Shown piece by piece: positions 10,656 through 20,908 of a stretch of 64,000 nt of DNA (position 1 is the stretch's first letter; each line of letters begins with the position of its first letter). Origin of the DNA: Salinispira sp. GTDB taxonomy: Bacteria > Spirochaetota > Spirochaetia > DSM-27196 > Salinispiraceae. Under the pieces are notes generated by a model. It made no database searches. It was given only the letters and a program-made list of their open reading frames with translations, and had not been told where the DNA came from. The stretch lies in contig CBDDDG010000010.1 of the NCBI GenBank assembly GCA_965226555.1, positions 529,921 through 593,920 on the forward strand. Reading direction: 5' to 3'. A program made the translations under genes and the position numbers.

Positions 10656-11669
10656 CTACCCGGGCAGCCGCATAATTTTCTGAAGGCTTGCCGTGATGGA
10701 AGAGATATAACCTGTACCGAAAAGGTTGAGATGATTAAGGAGATGATAAAGATTATAAATCTCCTTTCTTATTTCATATTCTTTTTCAAACGATATAATA
10801 TCAGCATAGCCCTGATAGAAACAATGATCAAAGCCGCCGAAGAGTTCAGTCATGGCGAGTTCGGCTTCATGATGCCCCCAGTATACAGCTGGATCGATGA
10901 GGGCGGTACAGGGTGAAGCAGACAGCATTATTGTTACATAGTTGCCTCCCCAGAGATCGCCATGGAGAAGGCTGGACGGCGGACGTTCGGGAATAAAGTC
11001 TCCAAGTCTTTTCATAAGCTGCCTGATATTTCGGGAAACATGAGGGGGTATACTGAATTTCTTTTCAGCGTCTTCCAACTGACAGGCAAGGCGTTGTTCA
11101 GTAAAGAATGTAACCCAGTTTTCTGAACACTGGTTCAGCTGAACGGTAAGACCAAGATAATTATTATGATCAAGTCCATAGAGGGGCTGGTCGGCGGCGG
11201 CGCGCGGGGGCTGGTCGGCGCTGCTCGCCTGCTCGCCCATGCGCCTGTTGCTGAGACGCGGGGGCTGGGCTGCGCTTTTTTTGTGGAAGCTTGCCAAGGC
11301 CCTCCCGAAATTTTCGGAGAGCTGCGCGCTTGACGGCATGTGTGAGAGAAATTCCATAAGAATGCCATGCGGGAGAACTGCATATACTCGGGGAATGTGA
11401 ATTCCCTCAACGCGATGTTCAGCCAGAAGCCGCAGCCCCTGTGCCTCTGCCGCAAAAAAGGTACGGGGAACATTGCGGTTTTCCTTATACAGAATTTTCC
11501 CGATGCGGGGATGGCTGATTGCCTGAACATTACTTATACATCCGCCGCCGAGGGGTTCCCGTGCGCATTCTTTGGAACTGAGTTCTCCTCCGGCAAGATG
11601 AGAAAGCGCAGAATTAATATCGGGAAATTGCCCGGGTACTTCGGGTTTTCCTCCGGTATGCGCGGACAT
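10656..11669 (-). CDS. Fructosamine kinase family protein
   Basis: GGGCIS, FFAAEAQGL, LLHGDLWGGN, IDPAVYWGHHEAELAM motifs. Confidence 0.92.
   Translation of the reverse strand: MSAHTGGKPEVPGQFPDINSALSHLAGGELSSKECAREPLGGGCISNVQAISHPRIGKILYKENRNVPRTFFAAEAQGLRLLAEHRVEGIHIPRVYAVLPHGILMEFLSHMPSSAQLSENFGRALASFHKKSAAQPPRLSNRRMGEQASSADQPPRAAADQPLYGLDHNNYLGLTVQLNQCSENWVTFFTEQRLACQLEDAEKKFSIPPHVSRNIRQLMKRLGDFIPERPPSSLLHGDLWGGNYVTIMLSASPCTALIDPAVYWGHHEAELAMTELFGGFDHCFYQGYADIISFEKEYEIRKEIYNLYHLLNHLNLFGTGYISSITASLQKIMRLPG
11182..11270. repeat. Family B repeat cluster in frame within the fructosamine kinase gene
   Basis: GGGGCTGGTCGG and CTGCTCGCCCATGCG.CTGTTGCTGAGAC match 29440-29530 and 62281-62350; encodes QPPRLSNRRMGEQASSADQPPRAAADQP. 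Confidence 0.8.
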
Positions 11670-12148
11670 TATAAGCTGCCTGATTTAAATAAGCCGAGCA
11701 TATTATCAATGGTTCGCTTTACGATAATGAAAACATTTTCAAACCCTTCCGCGCCCCCATAGTAGGGATCTGGAACGTCATCCGAGCTGCTGCCTTCAGG
11801 ATCAAATTCACGGAACATGCGGAGGCGGGCTGATGTATTTTCTCCCGCAAGACGCTGAATTTCCCTGTAGTGTCCCCTATCCATAACAAAAACATAATCA
11901 TAGTACTCCATATCTGAGGCTCTGAAATGCCTCGCGGCATGGCTGAATGAAAATCCGTGATGAGCTGCTGTACGTCTCATGCGCGGGTCTGCATTTTCAC
12001 CGACATGGTACCCATGCGTACCGGCAGATTCCACTTCACAATTCATATTCTGTTCCCGCGCGGTCTTCTCAAACACAGCATGTGCCAGCGGACTGCGGCA
12101 AATGTTTCCGGTACATACGAACAAAATTTTTTTTACACGATCTTTCAT
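11669..12148 (-). CDS. Low-molecular-weight protein-tyrosine phosphatase
   Basis: VCTGNICRSP active site and DVPDPYYG. Confidence 0.95.
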   Translation of the reverse strand: MKDRVKKILFVCTGNICRSPLAHAVFEKTAREQNMNCEVESAGTHGYHVGENADPRMRRTAAHHGFSFSHAARHFRASDMEYYDYVFVMDRGHYREIQRLAGENTSARLRMFREFDPEGSSSDDVPDPYYGGAEGFENVFIIVKRTIDNMLGLFKSGSL

Positions 12149-12157
12149 GAATATCCT

Positions 12158-12217
12158 CTAGAAATTTTTGCATTGGAAAATTGCGCTTGCACAATTTTCA
12201 GTAGCAAAAATTTCCTC
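12158..12217. repeat. Family A hairpin (intergenic)
   Basis: GAAATTTTTGCATTGGAAAATTGCGCTTGCACAATTTTCAGTAGCAAAAATTTC. Confidence 0.8.
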
Positions 12218-12774
12218 TATTGGCAGTATTTCTGCAGTTCATTAAGCACACTTTCCAGTAACTGCTGGGGCGTATGGAGTCCTGTGTCAAAAATAATATC
12301 AGCAAACTGATATTGATTATTGTCAATTTTATATGTTTTGAGATAACGCTCACGATCTTCCCTGTCCCGCTTCTCGGTGTGGGCAAGAGCATACTCCTCG
12401 CTCCAGCCTTCCCGCTTCCTGATCCGATCTATTCGTACAGACAGGTCGGCGTGAAGATATACTTTGAGACAGGCATCTTTCTTCAGCCAGATTGCCAAGC
12501 GGGAAGCCAGTACGGAGCCGGTTTCTTCGGCCATCTCACGTTGACGCCTGTCGATAAGGCGGTCAATTTCATCGTTTACGGCAGCTTCTGACATAATATC
12601 CTCCAGACTCTGACCCCGCTCGGCAGCCAGAGCGCGGAAGGTATAGTTGACCAGTTTTAAGTTCAGGGTATTCGCAATGAGAGTACTTAAGGTAGTGTTG
12701 CCGCAGCCGCTTTTACCTGAAACCGCAATAATGGACTTGTTGCGATGGAGACAGCTTTTCACATGTTCTATCAT
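12217..12774 (-). CDS. cmk: Cytidylate kinase (short, archaeal-like type)
   Basis: IAVSGKSGCGNTT P-loop, VLASRLAIW, DRERYLKTYKID. Confidence 0.85.
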   Translation of the reverse strand: MIEHVKSCLHRNKSIIAVSGKSGCGNTTLSTLIANTLNLKLVNYTFRALAAERGQSLEDIMSEAAVNDEIDRLIDRRQREMAEETGSVLASRLAIWLKKDACLKVYLHADLSVRIDRIRKREGWSEEYALAHTEKRDREDRERYLKTYKIDNNQYQFADIIFDTGLHTPQQLLESVLNELQKYCQ

Positions 12775-13637
12775 TCAAGATTCCTCAAATGTTCACGGAT
12801 ATTTTCCAGAGCATTTTTTATTTCGATAATTTGGGCAGGTATATGATCGGTAATGTTTTTTGATGCAATGGTATTTACCTCACGGTTCATCTCCTGACAT
12901 ATAAAATCGAGACGCTTGGCAGCAGCTGCATCTGAGGAAATTTCCCGGACAAACTGTTCAATATGATTGTTCAGCCTGTCCAGCTCTTCGGTAATGGAAT
13001 GTTTGACAAGGAGAACCGCAATTTCAGCGAGTACCCGATCTTCCGGAATGTGATCGCCAAGAACCGCGTGGAAACGATCGCGCAGGCGTTTGTGCACATG
13101 TTCTTCGATCTGCGAGGCAGATTTCTGAACAATACTGAAATGTGATGTGATTTTTTCAAGCTGTGTGGTGATATCCCTGACCGTTTCACTGCCTTCACGC
13201 CTTCGATGCTTTATAAACTCTTCCAGGGCCTGCTCCCCTGCTTTTTCAAGGATATCACGGAGTTCATCGGAAATATGAATAGTATCCGGCATGATATGTT
13301 CCCTGAATTCCAGAATGTGGTCGATGGTGATTTCACCGGGAAGGTTCAGGTCTCTCTGAATTGAAGCGAGCATGTTTCGCAGATCTTCCGCCTTTTTCGG
13401 ATCAATAGTAGGGGCACTGTCTCCGCTGCTGCTGACAGTGAGTTTCACTTCCACACGTCCCCGCCGGCAGCGATCTCGAAGGAGGGAACTGAACCATTCC
13501 TCAAAAAAAATAAAACTGCCGGGAACGGATAATCTCATATCCAGATAGCGGTGATTAAACCCTCGTATTTCCAGAAATACACTGTGCCGCGCATTGGAAC
13601 ATTCAGCATAGGCGTAAGCGGTCATACTGTGAATCAT
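12771..13637 (-). CDS. yicC: YicC/YloC family endoribonuclease
   Basis: MIHSMTAYA, NHRYLD, EELDRL, KRLDFICQEMNREVNTIASK. Confidence 0.92.
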   Translation of the reverse strand: MIHSMTAYAYAECSNARHSVFLEIRGFNHRYLDMRLSVPGSFIFFEEWFSSLLRDRCRRGRVEVKLTVSSSGDSAPTIDPKKAEDLRNMLASIQRDLNLPGEITIDHILEFREHIMPDTIHISDELRDILEKAGEQALEEFIKHRRREGSETVRDITTQLEKITSHFSIVQKSASQIEEHVHKRLRDRFHAVLGDHIPEDRVLAEIAVLLVKHSITEELDRLNNHIEQFVREISSDAAAAKRLDFICQEMNREVNTIASKNITDHIPAQIIEIKNALENIREHLRNLE

Positions 13638-15196
13638 ACATTACTCTCCAGCATCTCTGTCAGCCGTTTTCCGATCTGCCAGTTATTGCCTGCTCCCATA
13701 GTAACAAAAATATCTGTTTTTTGCAGCCGTTCTTTTACAAAAAGAGCCGCTTTTTCAAAATTGGGTATGTAATAGACATGGGGATGTGTTTTTCGGATTT
13801 CCCTGTACAGGCGATCTCCGTGAATGTTCCCCGGATTCGGTTCACGGGCTGAAGCATATATATCGTTTAGAATGAGAAGATCGGCGCATGCAAAGGAAGC
13901 GGCAAAGTCTTCAAGCAGCGCCGTTGTACGGCTGTAGGTATGGGACATAAAATCGACAATGAGTCTGCGCCCGGGGAAAAATTCACGGTAGCCTGCGAGG
14001 GTTGTCTGTATTGCTGTCGGATGATGCGCATAGTCATCCATGATTCTGATTCCGTCAATATCGGCAATGAGCTCACTTCGGCGCTTTGTTCCTGTGTAGT
14101 GAGTGAGCGCCGCGCTCATACGCGGATACGGAGATTCGGCTGATCTTCCATGGGTAGAGGTATATATCTGATTCAAAAGGATAATGGCCGCAACTGCATC
14201 GAGTACCGCATGTCTGCCGGGATAATTCAGTGTGAAGGGGGTATCTATTCCCCGCAAAGAGAAGCGCTGCGCGCCGTTTTCAACCCTGCGGGATCTGATG
14301 CCGTACCTGCCATCTGCCTGAAATCCGTAGGCAATGGGTTCAATATCGGGGCGGGTCTGCCTGCTTTTCCGCGCAAGCGCGGCGGCGCCCGGATCATCGG
14401 CGCAATAGATGAGGGTGCCGGCAGGCGGAACTCTGGCAAGCAATTCTTCAAAGGCGGATTGGACATCGTTTTCATCTCTGAAATAGTCCAGATGATCGGC
14501 TTCAATGCTGGTAACGAGCAGATACTTCGGGGTGAATTTGAGAAAATTACGCCGATATTCGCATGTTTCTGCAATAAAAAAATCGTTGCCGCCCCTGTAC
14601 ACGGCGCTGCCGGCTGCATATGTCGGGGCTGCGCTGCCGGCTGCATATGTCGGGGCTGCGCTGCCGGCTGCATATGTCGGGGCTGGCAGATTAGGCAGAT
14701 TAGGCAGAGCTGAGCCGACAAGCACCTGCCCCGTGAGGCCGAGTTCCCGAGCAATGAGCGCGGTAATGGCAGTAGTGGTGGTCTTGCCATGCACGCCGCT
14801 CACCGCGGCAAAGGGCATGCATGAGGCATACTGCGCAAGGGCCTCCGAAAATTCCAGCGGCTTATAGCCCATTTCCCGCGCCCTCAGGAGCTCAGGATGA
14901 GTCTCAGGATTGTAGGCTGAAGAGTAGATAAGCATATCGGCATGCTCTGGTACGTTTTCAGCGCTGAACCCTTCATGAACAGCTATTCCGTTTCGTTTCA
15001 GAATTTCATCGGTATAAAATACTTCGGCGATATCAGAACCGCTTACCAGCGCTCCCGATTGGGCGCAGAGTTCGGCAAGCGCGGACATACCTGTTCCCTT
15101 GATACCGACCATGTACACGGACATACCGTTGAGTGAATGGGGGGAGAGGCTGCGGGGAACATGAGGCGCATGGGGCGCATGAAAAGCAGAGCGCAT
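13634..15196 (-). CDS. murC: UDP-N-acetylmuramate--L-alanine ligase
   Basis: GIKGTGMSALA, GVHGKTTTT, DHLDYF, DDYAHHPT, TMGAG; exact start uncertain. Confidence 0.95.
   Translation of the reverse strand: MRSAFHAPHAPHVPRSLSPHSLNGMSVYMVGIKGTGMSALAELCAQSGALVSGSDIAEVFYTDEILKRNGIAVHEGFSAENVPEHADMLIYSSAYNPETHPELLRAREMGYKPLEFSEALAQYASCMPFAAVSGVHGKTTTTAITALIARELGLTGQVLVGSALPNLPNLPAPTYAAGSAAPTYAAGSAAPTYAAGSAVYRGGNDFFIAETCEYRRNFLKFTPKYLLVTSIEADHLDYFRDENDVQSAFEELLARVPPAGTLIYCADDPGAAALARKSRQTRPDIEPIAYGFQADGRYGIRSRRVENGAQRFSLRGIDTPFTLNYPGRHAVLDAVAAIILLNQIYTSTHGRSAESPYPRMSAALTHYTGTKRRSELIADIDGIRIMDDYAHHPTAIQTTLAGYREFFPGRRLIVDFMSHTYSRTTALLEDFAASFACADLLILNDIYASAREPNPGNIHGDRLYREIRKTHPHVYYIPNFEKAALFVKERLQKTDIFVTMGAGNNWQIGKRLTEMLESNV
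14604..14708. repeat. 27-bp x3 plus 9-bp tandem repeats inside murC
   Basis: GCGCTGCCGGCTGCATATGTCGGGGCT x3 (APTYAAGSA) and GGCAGATTA repeats (LPN). Confidence 0.9.
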
Positions 15197-15205
15197 GAAT
15201 ACAGA

Positions 15206-15979
15206 TTACTGAATGGTGCTTGTTTTGGCAATGAGTTTTTCGAGCAGATCAGATTGACGGGAGAGAAAGCGCCGTTTTCTCGGATGAGGTTCTGAAACGG
15301 AAATATTTTCGATAATGCGGGCGGGGGAAGCGCTGAGAATGATGATTTCATCGGCAAGAAGAAGAGCTTCTTCAGGGTCATGGGTAACCAGCACGAAACC
15401 CGGGCGGTGCTCCATACAGTATTGCTGGAACCAGCCGTATATTTTGTTCCGGGTAAGAAAGTCCAGACGGGAGAATGGTTCATCGAGAAGGAGGAAGTCG
15501 CTTCGAAGGAGGCAGGCGCGCATGAAGGCGGCGCGCTGCCGCATTCCTCCCGAAAGTTGGCGCGGATAATGATCGCCGAAATCCGCCAGGCCGAAGTTCT
15601 CCAGTTCTCCGCGCGCCCTTTCCAGAGCATCATGATCCCTGCGGATAATGAGCGGCAGGGCGGCATTTTCCGTAATGGTTTTCCAAGGGAGGAGGAGATC
15701 GTTTTGCTGCATGTAGCTTATCCAGCCGGGTTCGGCGAGACGGGAGGCGCCATCGTAAAAGAGGTCGCCCGAAGAAGGCGCGAGTAAGCCGGCGGCAATA
15801 TGAAGAAGGGTGCTCTTTCCGCAGCCGCTTGGACCGAGTACTGCCGTTGCCTTCCCCGGGGGAACCTGGAAACTGATGCCGTTGAGTACCGTATTGTCGC
15901 CATAGGCATGGCTGATGTTTCTCAACTCAAGCAGGCGGACTGACCCGCTGCTGCTATGAGCAGCAGTCTGGTTCAGCAC
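15206..15979 (-). CDS. ABC transporter ATP-binding protein (thiamine/HMP, TauB/SsuB-like)
   Basis: GPSGCGKST, LSGGMRQR, LLLDEPF, VTHD; start approximate. Confidence 0.9.
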   Translation of the reverse strand: MLNQTAAHSSSGSVRLLELRNISHAYGDNTVLNGISFQVPPGKATAVLGPSGCGKSTLLHIAAGLLAPSSGDLFYDGASRLAEPGWISYMQQNDLLLPWKTITENAALPLIIRRDHDALERARGELENFGLADFGDHYPRQLSGGMRQRAAFMRACLLRSDFLLLDEPFSRLDFLTRNKIYGWFQQYCMEHRPGFVLVTHDPEEALLLADEIIILSASPARIIENISVSEPHPRKRRFLSRQSDLLEKLIAKTSTIQ

Positions 15980-15995
15980 ATCTCCTGAAACATTT

Positions 15996-17006
15996 TCAGG
16001 GAAGGTAGTCATTGGTGAAGCTATTCTCAGTATCGAGCCTTCGCGGAATGAGATCATTTTCAAAGAGCCAATGCGCATAACGTTCCCAGACAACGGCACG
16101 CATCTCTCCCCATCGCGGGGCATCTGAAATGAACTCATCTGCCAGAAATATGAGACTTTCCCTGGCCAGATCAAGGGGAATTTCGGGGGCTGCCTCAACC
16201 AGCAGTTCTGCCGCCTGCCGAGGATTGTTAACAGCATAGTCGTATCCTCTGCTGATTGCCCGCATGAATTTCCGCGCCAGTTCAGGATTGCTCCGCAGCA
16301 TTTCTTCACTGCTGATAATGACGGGGGTATAGTAGTCAAATACCTCGTTCATTTCTGCCAGAGCCAGATAACTGAGTTCAACACCTCTATTTTGCGCCTC
16401 CGCCATTGTCCATCCTTCAAAGACCCATGAGAAATCTACCTCCCGTTCAGCAACGGCAAAGAAGTCGGCCGTGCCGGTGTTCAGAATTCTGATATCATCC
16501 AGTGAAGCGCCCTCCGCCTTCAGGAGAGTATCGAGCATGGCTGTTTCAACAGGGCTTCCCCAGCCGCCATAGGTGAGACCCACCAGATCAGCAACAGAGC
16601 GCAGGTTTTCCGGTGAGGCAAAACCTGAGGTATTGTGCTGAATGACCGCTGCAAGAGCGACAATTGGTACATTGTCCTCTCCTGTTCGGGCAAAGGTTAC
16701 CGCTTCCTGATAACTGTAGCCAAACTGGGCCTGATTAAGAGCAACGAGAACTTCGGCGCTCGCCTCAGCGGGTTGAATAATAGTAACTTCAAGCCCCTCC
16801 TCGGCAAAATACCCCAGAGAATCGGCCAGATAGGCTCCGGTATGGTTTGTGTTCGGAACCCAGTCCAGCACAAGAACAAGGGAAACGACATCTTCACGCT
16901 CCCCCTGTGTCTCCACATTCCCTGCGGCAATGAGTATGCCGGGCATGAGTATGAGTACAAGTACGAGCGCACATGCGCGTACTACGATATGGTATCGAAA
17001 AATCAT
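15996..17006 (-). CDS. NMT1/THI5-family ABC substrate-binding protein (ThiY-like)
   Basis: LDWVPNTNHTG, QHNTSGFAS, DYYTPVII; ATG at 17006 with GGAGG RBS. Confidence 0.92.
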   Translation of the reverse strand: MIFRYHIVVRACALVLVLILMPGILIAAGNVETQGEREDVVSLVLVLDWVPNTNHTGAYLADSLGYFAEEGLEVTIIQPAEASAEVLVALNQAQFGYSYQEAVTFARTGEDNVPIVALAAVIQHNTSGFASPENLRSVADLVGLTYGGWGSPVETAMLDTLLKAEGASLDDIRILNTGTADFFAVAEREVDFSWVFEGWTMAEAQNRGVELSYLALAEMNEVFDYYTPVIISSEEMLRSNPELARKFMRAISRGYDYAVNNPRQAAELLVEAAPEIPLDLARESLIFLADEFISDAPRWGEMRAVVWERYAHWLFENDLIPRRLDTENSFTNDYLP

Positions 17007-17890
17007 CAATGTATTCCTCCTGTATGATATGAATATTTCTGATGTTGATGTTGATTGTGCCGATTGTGGGCATTTCCGCCTTGGCGGACTGTCAGACCTT
17101 CGAGAAGCAGGACAAACAGGAAGAGCCCGATACTGAGCAGCATAATTGTTACAATTGCTGCAAATAATTGTGCCGCAGCAAAGGATTTCTGACTGCGGAT
17201 GAGGTACACGCCCAATCCTGATGCCCCGCCAAGCCACTCTCCGATAACTGCCCCCATGACCGCATAGGTAGCTGAAATGCGCAGTCCGGCAAAAAATGCC
17301 GGTATTGATCCGGGGAGTTTTACATGACAGATAAGCTGCCAACGGTTCGCCCCCATGCTCCGCATCAGATCGATATAGTCGCTGTCTAATGCCCGGAAAC
17401 TCTTGAGGAGATTTATCAGCATGGGGAAAAAACAGACCAGCACTACCGCGAGTATTTTCGGAAGGAAGCCGAAGCCAAACCAGAGAACAAAGAGCGGCGC
17501 TACCGCAATGAGCGGAATTGTCTGGCTCATAACTGCCGCCGGATAGAGTAATTTGTAGACTGTTCGAAGCATATCCATGAGAAATGCGAGAATGAGGGCA
17601 AAAATGGTGGCAATAAAAAGTCCGAGGAGGGCGGCTGCCAGAGTTCCCCGGGCATGTTTCATAATTAACGGAAACTGCTCAAAGAAGGTTAACAGGACGG
17701 CATAGGGTGAAGGAAGAGCATACGGCGGCAAAAATAACGAGAGGATATGCCAGAAAGCAATGAAGAGAATGAAAGAAAGGAGGGCAAAGCTGTATTTTTG
17801 CCGGAAGTTCTGCCGGAACGTTTGCCAAAACGCGGCAAAAAACGGTGTTCCTTTGGGAGCGGTTATTTTTGGAACAGTTATGTTTGAAAT
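17006..17890 (-). CDS. ABC transporter permease (ThiX-like); start uncertain, possibly non-canonical
   Basis: LPSP, QTIPLIAVAPL, GAVIGEWLG; the frame stays open upstream of the TTG at 17731 through a TM helix. Confidence 0.85.
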   Translation of the reverse strand: MSNITVPKITAPKGTPFFAAFWQTFRQNFRQKYSFALLSFILFIAFWHILSLFLPPYALPSPYAVLLTFFEQFPLIMKHARGTLAAALLGLFIATIFALILAFLMDMLRTVYKLLYPAAVMSQTIPLIAVAPLFVLWFGFGFLPKILAVVLVCFFPMLINLLKSFRALDSDYIDLMRSMGANRWQLICHVKLPGSIPAFFAGLRISATYAVMGAVIGEWLGGASGLGVYLIRSQKSFAAAQLFAAIVTIMLLSIGLFLFVLLLEGLTVRQGGNAHNRHNQHQHQKYSYHTGGIH

Positions 17891-17892
17891 AG

Positions 17893-17980
17893 AATGTCCC
17901 TCCGCCGGTATTATCCGGATCAGGTAAAGGGTCGAAGATCATTCTTCCTCTCAGCCGACAGAGTCAGCTCCCCTGCTGTC
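17893..17980 (-). promoter_or_regulatory. TPP riboswitch
   Basis: Minus strand GGGGAGC..GCTGAGA..GACCCTTTACCTGATCCGGATAATACCGGCGGAGGGA matches the THI-box consensus; directly upstream of the thiamine ABC genes. Confidence 0.93.
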
Positions 17981-19184
17981 ATGAACGTTTTGCAAAATTT
18001 TCAGCAGCAAAACTTTGTGTTACGTGGAATATACCGAAAATATGGATGGGAGTCAATAGCTGCCGAACACCCTTATTCTGCCTTAGGCGATCGGGCCTGA
18101 GTCGCTAAGTCGTAGGCAAAGATTTTGTCAGCCACATCATCTACCACCCACATTGTTGTGCCATCCGACCAGATGCCAGCGGGGTTAGCATTCCCTGCAT
18201 CAGAAAGTGTGGCGGCATCGAAATCCGGCGGATCAGCACCGGGCGTTTTGGTTCCTCTGTTGTAGGCAAAAATTTTACTAGTGGCTGAGGGAGGCCTACT
18301 CACCACCCACATCGTTGTCTCATTCGCCCAGATGCCTTTGGGAGCGAACTTCGCAGAAAGAGTAAAATCGTTATCACTATCGCGCATTTTGCTTGCTATG
18401 GTGTAGGCTTGAAGGCTATTAATGTTTGCGGTCGTTGTCCACATTGTTGTTCCATTTGACCAGATGCTCTCAGGAGTGGAAAGTCCGGTAGCAACAATAT
18501 CAGTAATATCTTTTGCTGAATCGCGTCCTTTGTCGCTCATCCTGTAGGCACGGATGTCGGCAGGAGCTGGACCATCTGCATTCATTACCCACATTGTTGT
18601 GCCATCCGACCAGATGCCTGAGTAAGTTCTATTACCTCCTCCATCGGGAAGTGTGAATTCTTTATCTTCATCGCGCGCCTTGGTCCCCATGTTGTAGGCA
18701 TAAATTTTGTTATCCCTCCTATCCGACACCCACATTGTTGTGCCATCCGACCAGATGTCATTAGGGTCAGTATTCCCAGAGGCAAGCGCGGGGAAATCGT
18801 CTCTGTGATTCCCTGCGGAGTCATATCCTCCTTCGTCATAGTCGTCTTTGTCATAACCGTAGAGGTCGTATTCCGTGTCGGTGTCGCGGTGTTTGCCTTC
18901 AGCATTAAAGCCTTCTGCGTCATAACCCTGTTCGTCATAACCATCCGGCCCATATTTCTTTCCGTTACGATGATTGCCGTCTACATTGAAACCCGCTGCG
19001 TTATAGCCATCTTTGCCATAACCGTAGAGGTCGTATTTCATGCCGGTGTCGCGATGTTTGCCTTCAGCATTAAAGCCCTTAGCGTTGTAACCATCTTCGC
19101 CATAGCCATCATCGTTGAATTTCGTTCCGTTACGATGTTTGCCATCAGCATTAAAACCGGCAGCATTGTAACCGTCTGCTTTAT

Positions 19185-20908
19185 GAGCCTGTCGTACATA
19201 AATACCTCATGTTGTTTGATGTGAGTCGATGGATGTGGGAATGATGGTGGGAATGAGTATTGCCGTCAGTTATCGCGTTGTTTTCTTCAGGCGCGGGGTG
19301 GCATCGTGAACCCATTCGCGCTTCGATGATGCCAGTTGGAACTATGCGCGGGCGCAACGGGGGGAGTTTTTCTATTATCCATAGGTCATTTTCAGTCGAT
19401 GAAGTCTCTTGCAATTATAAGCCAACGCGACAAGTTCCCATTCACTCGTAACATGTGCAAGGCCTCTGTGGAGAAATTGTCGAAATCCCATGCACTGCTT
19501 AATAATCCCGAATACCGGTTCCACCGTCTGCTTCCTGCGGGCATAGAGCTTTCGGTTCTCGGACTTCTGAAATTTGGCGTTCATATCTTTTATCCATGGC
19601 TTGGATTCTTTTGGAGGCGTGTTGTTGGCATTCTTCTCTTCCGGTCGATAGTCATATTCTCGCGGATTATGTGTCTCTTCAGCCCGAACAGACACCAGAA
19701 CATCTATCCCCATTTCTTCCTCTACTGTTTTCACTTCATCGCCATTGACAAAGCCCGCGTCAGCAAGCGCTCGCTCGGGCTTCCCGACATCTGGGGAAAC
19801 AGAGAGACAATCGTTTACCAGTTCATTCCGGTCAGATGAACACTGGGAAACACGCGTCCCGACAATTAATTGCGTGCCATCGGCATCGACTACCGCCTGA
19901 GCATTATAGGCCTGCTGTGTTCCCGATCCCTTTGTCATAATACGGCTGTCAGGATCAGTGTTGTTGCATGCCTGCTCGCCCTTCGGCAGAATCTCCTGCG
20001 CCTTCGCTGAAATGTCTTCAGGTTCATCATCGGCAAAAAGTGTTTTCTGTCCGTCCGCAGGCGGGATCGCCCGATCAGGAGGACCTTCGCTCTGAGCGTC
20101 TGTCTTCGCTCCCCCGCCGGGGGAAACATCTTCCGTATCATTTGCTCCATCTTTTTTCTCCGCTTTCTCCTGTTCTCTTTCCTCGCGGACACGCGCGCGT
20201 CTTTCCACTTCAGCTCGCGCATGGATCATCTTTTCGCGGAGTTTCTGCCTTCGGGCAATCTCCTGTGGTAATCTGTTCGCATCCTCATCGTCTGCGGTAT
20301 CGGCCGCTTCTGCCTCCACTAACAATTTCTGAATGTCCTCATCAAGCCGTTTCTCCAGCTCCTCAGCCCGATCATAGCTCACATTTTCGAATTTACTCGC
20401 ATTGGCTTTAATGTGTGTCCCATCTATACTGACCGTCCCGACCTTCAGAATGCCTATCTCTTTGGCAAGCAGCAGAATACGGATAAACGCTTTGTGTATC
20501 GCTTCTGTATTTTTTCGGCGAAAGCGACAAATAGTATCGTGATCGGGATGCGTGTTGCCGGTCAGATAGAGCGCACAGATATTCTCGTACGTTGACCGTT
20601 CTATCCGGCGACTGCTAAATCGTCCTTCCGTGTAGCTATATATCAGCAAGGCAAGCATCATTTTCGGATGATATTGCTCGCTCCCGCTTCCCCGCCTATT
20701 GATATGAAAAACGGTACTGTCTATGGTGCTTACCGCTTCGTTAATAAAATTGACCAGATGATCTTCGGGAACCCAATCTCTCATATCAAGAGGCATCAGG
20801 AATTGTTGATCTTGACTACATGACTTAAATCGTTGCATGAAAAAACTATATCAGATTCTCCAATCAAACGCAATACCACTATCAACCCGGGTAAAGTCCG
20901 ACAGGCTC
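19185..20908 (-). mobile_element. IS1182-family insertion sequence
   Basis: IRs GAGCCTGTCG / CGACAGGCTC; 4-bp target duplication TTAT. Confidence 0.93.
19375..20838 (-). CDS. IS1182-family transposase
   Basis: YHPKMMLALLIY, PDHDTICRFR, IDGTHIKANAS, TDPDSRIM, ADAGF, RKQTVEPVFG. Confidence 0.95.
   Translation of the reverse strand: MQRFKSCSQDQQFLMPLDMRDWVPEDHLVNFINEAVSTIDSTVFHINRRGSGSEQYHPKMMLALLIYSYTEGRFSSRRIERSTYENICALYLTGNTHPDHDTICRFRRKNTEAIHKAFIRILLLAKEIGILKVGTVSIDGTHIKANASKFENVSYDRAEELEKRLDEDIQKLLVEAEAADTADDEDANRLPQEIARRQKLREKMIHARAEVERRARVREEREQEKAEKKDGANDTEDVSPGGGAKTDAQSEGPPDRAIPPADGQKTLFADDEPEDISAKAQEILPKGEQACNNTDPDSRIMTKGSGTQQAYNAQAVVDADGTQLIVGTRVSQCSSDRNELVNDCLSVSPDVGKPERALADAGFVNGDEVKTVEEEMGIDVLVSVRAEETHNPREYDYRPEEKNANNTPPKESKPWIKDMNAKFQKSENRKLYARRKQTVEPVFGIIKQCMGFRQFLHRGLAHVTSEWELVALAYNCKRLHRLKMTYG

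Noticed and set aside
15980..17342. Extended starts of ORFs 15206-16339 and 15996-17342
   Set aside because: They overlap neighbouring genes; better starts are near 15979 and at 17006
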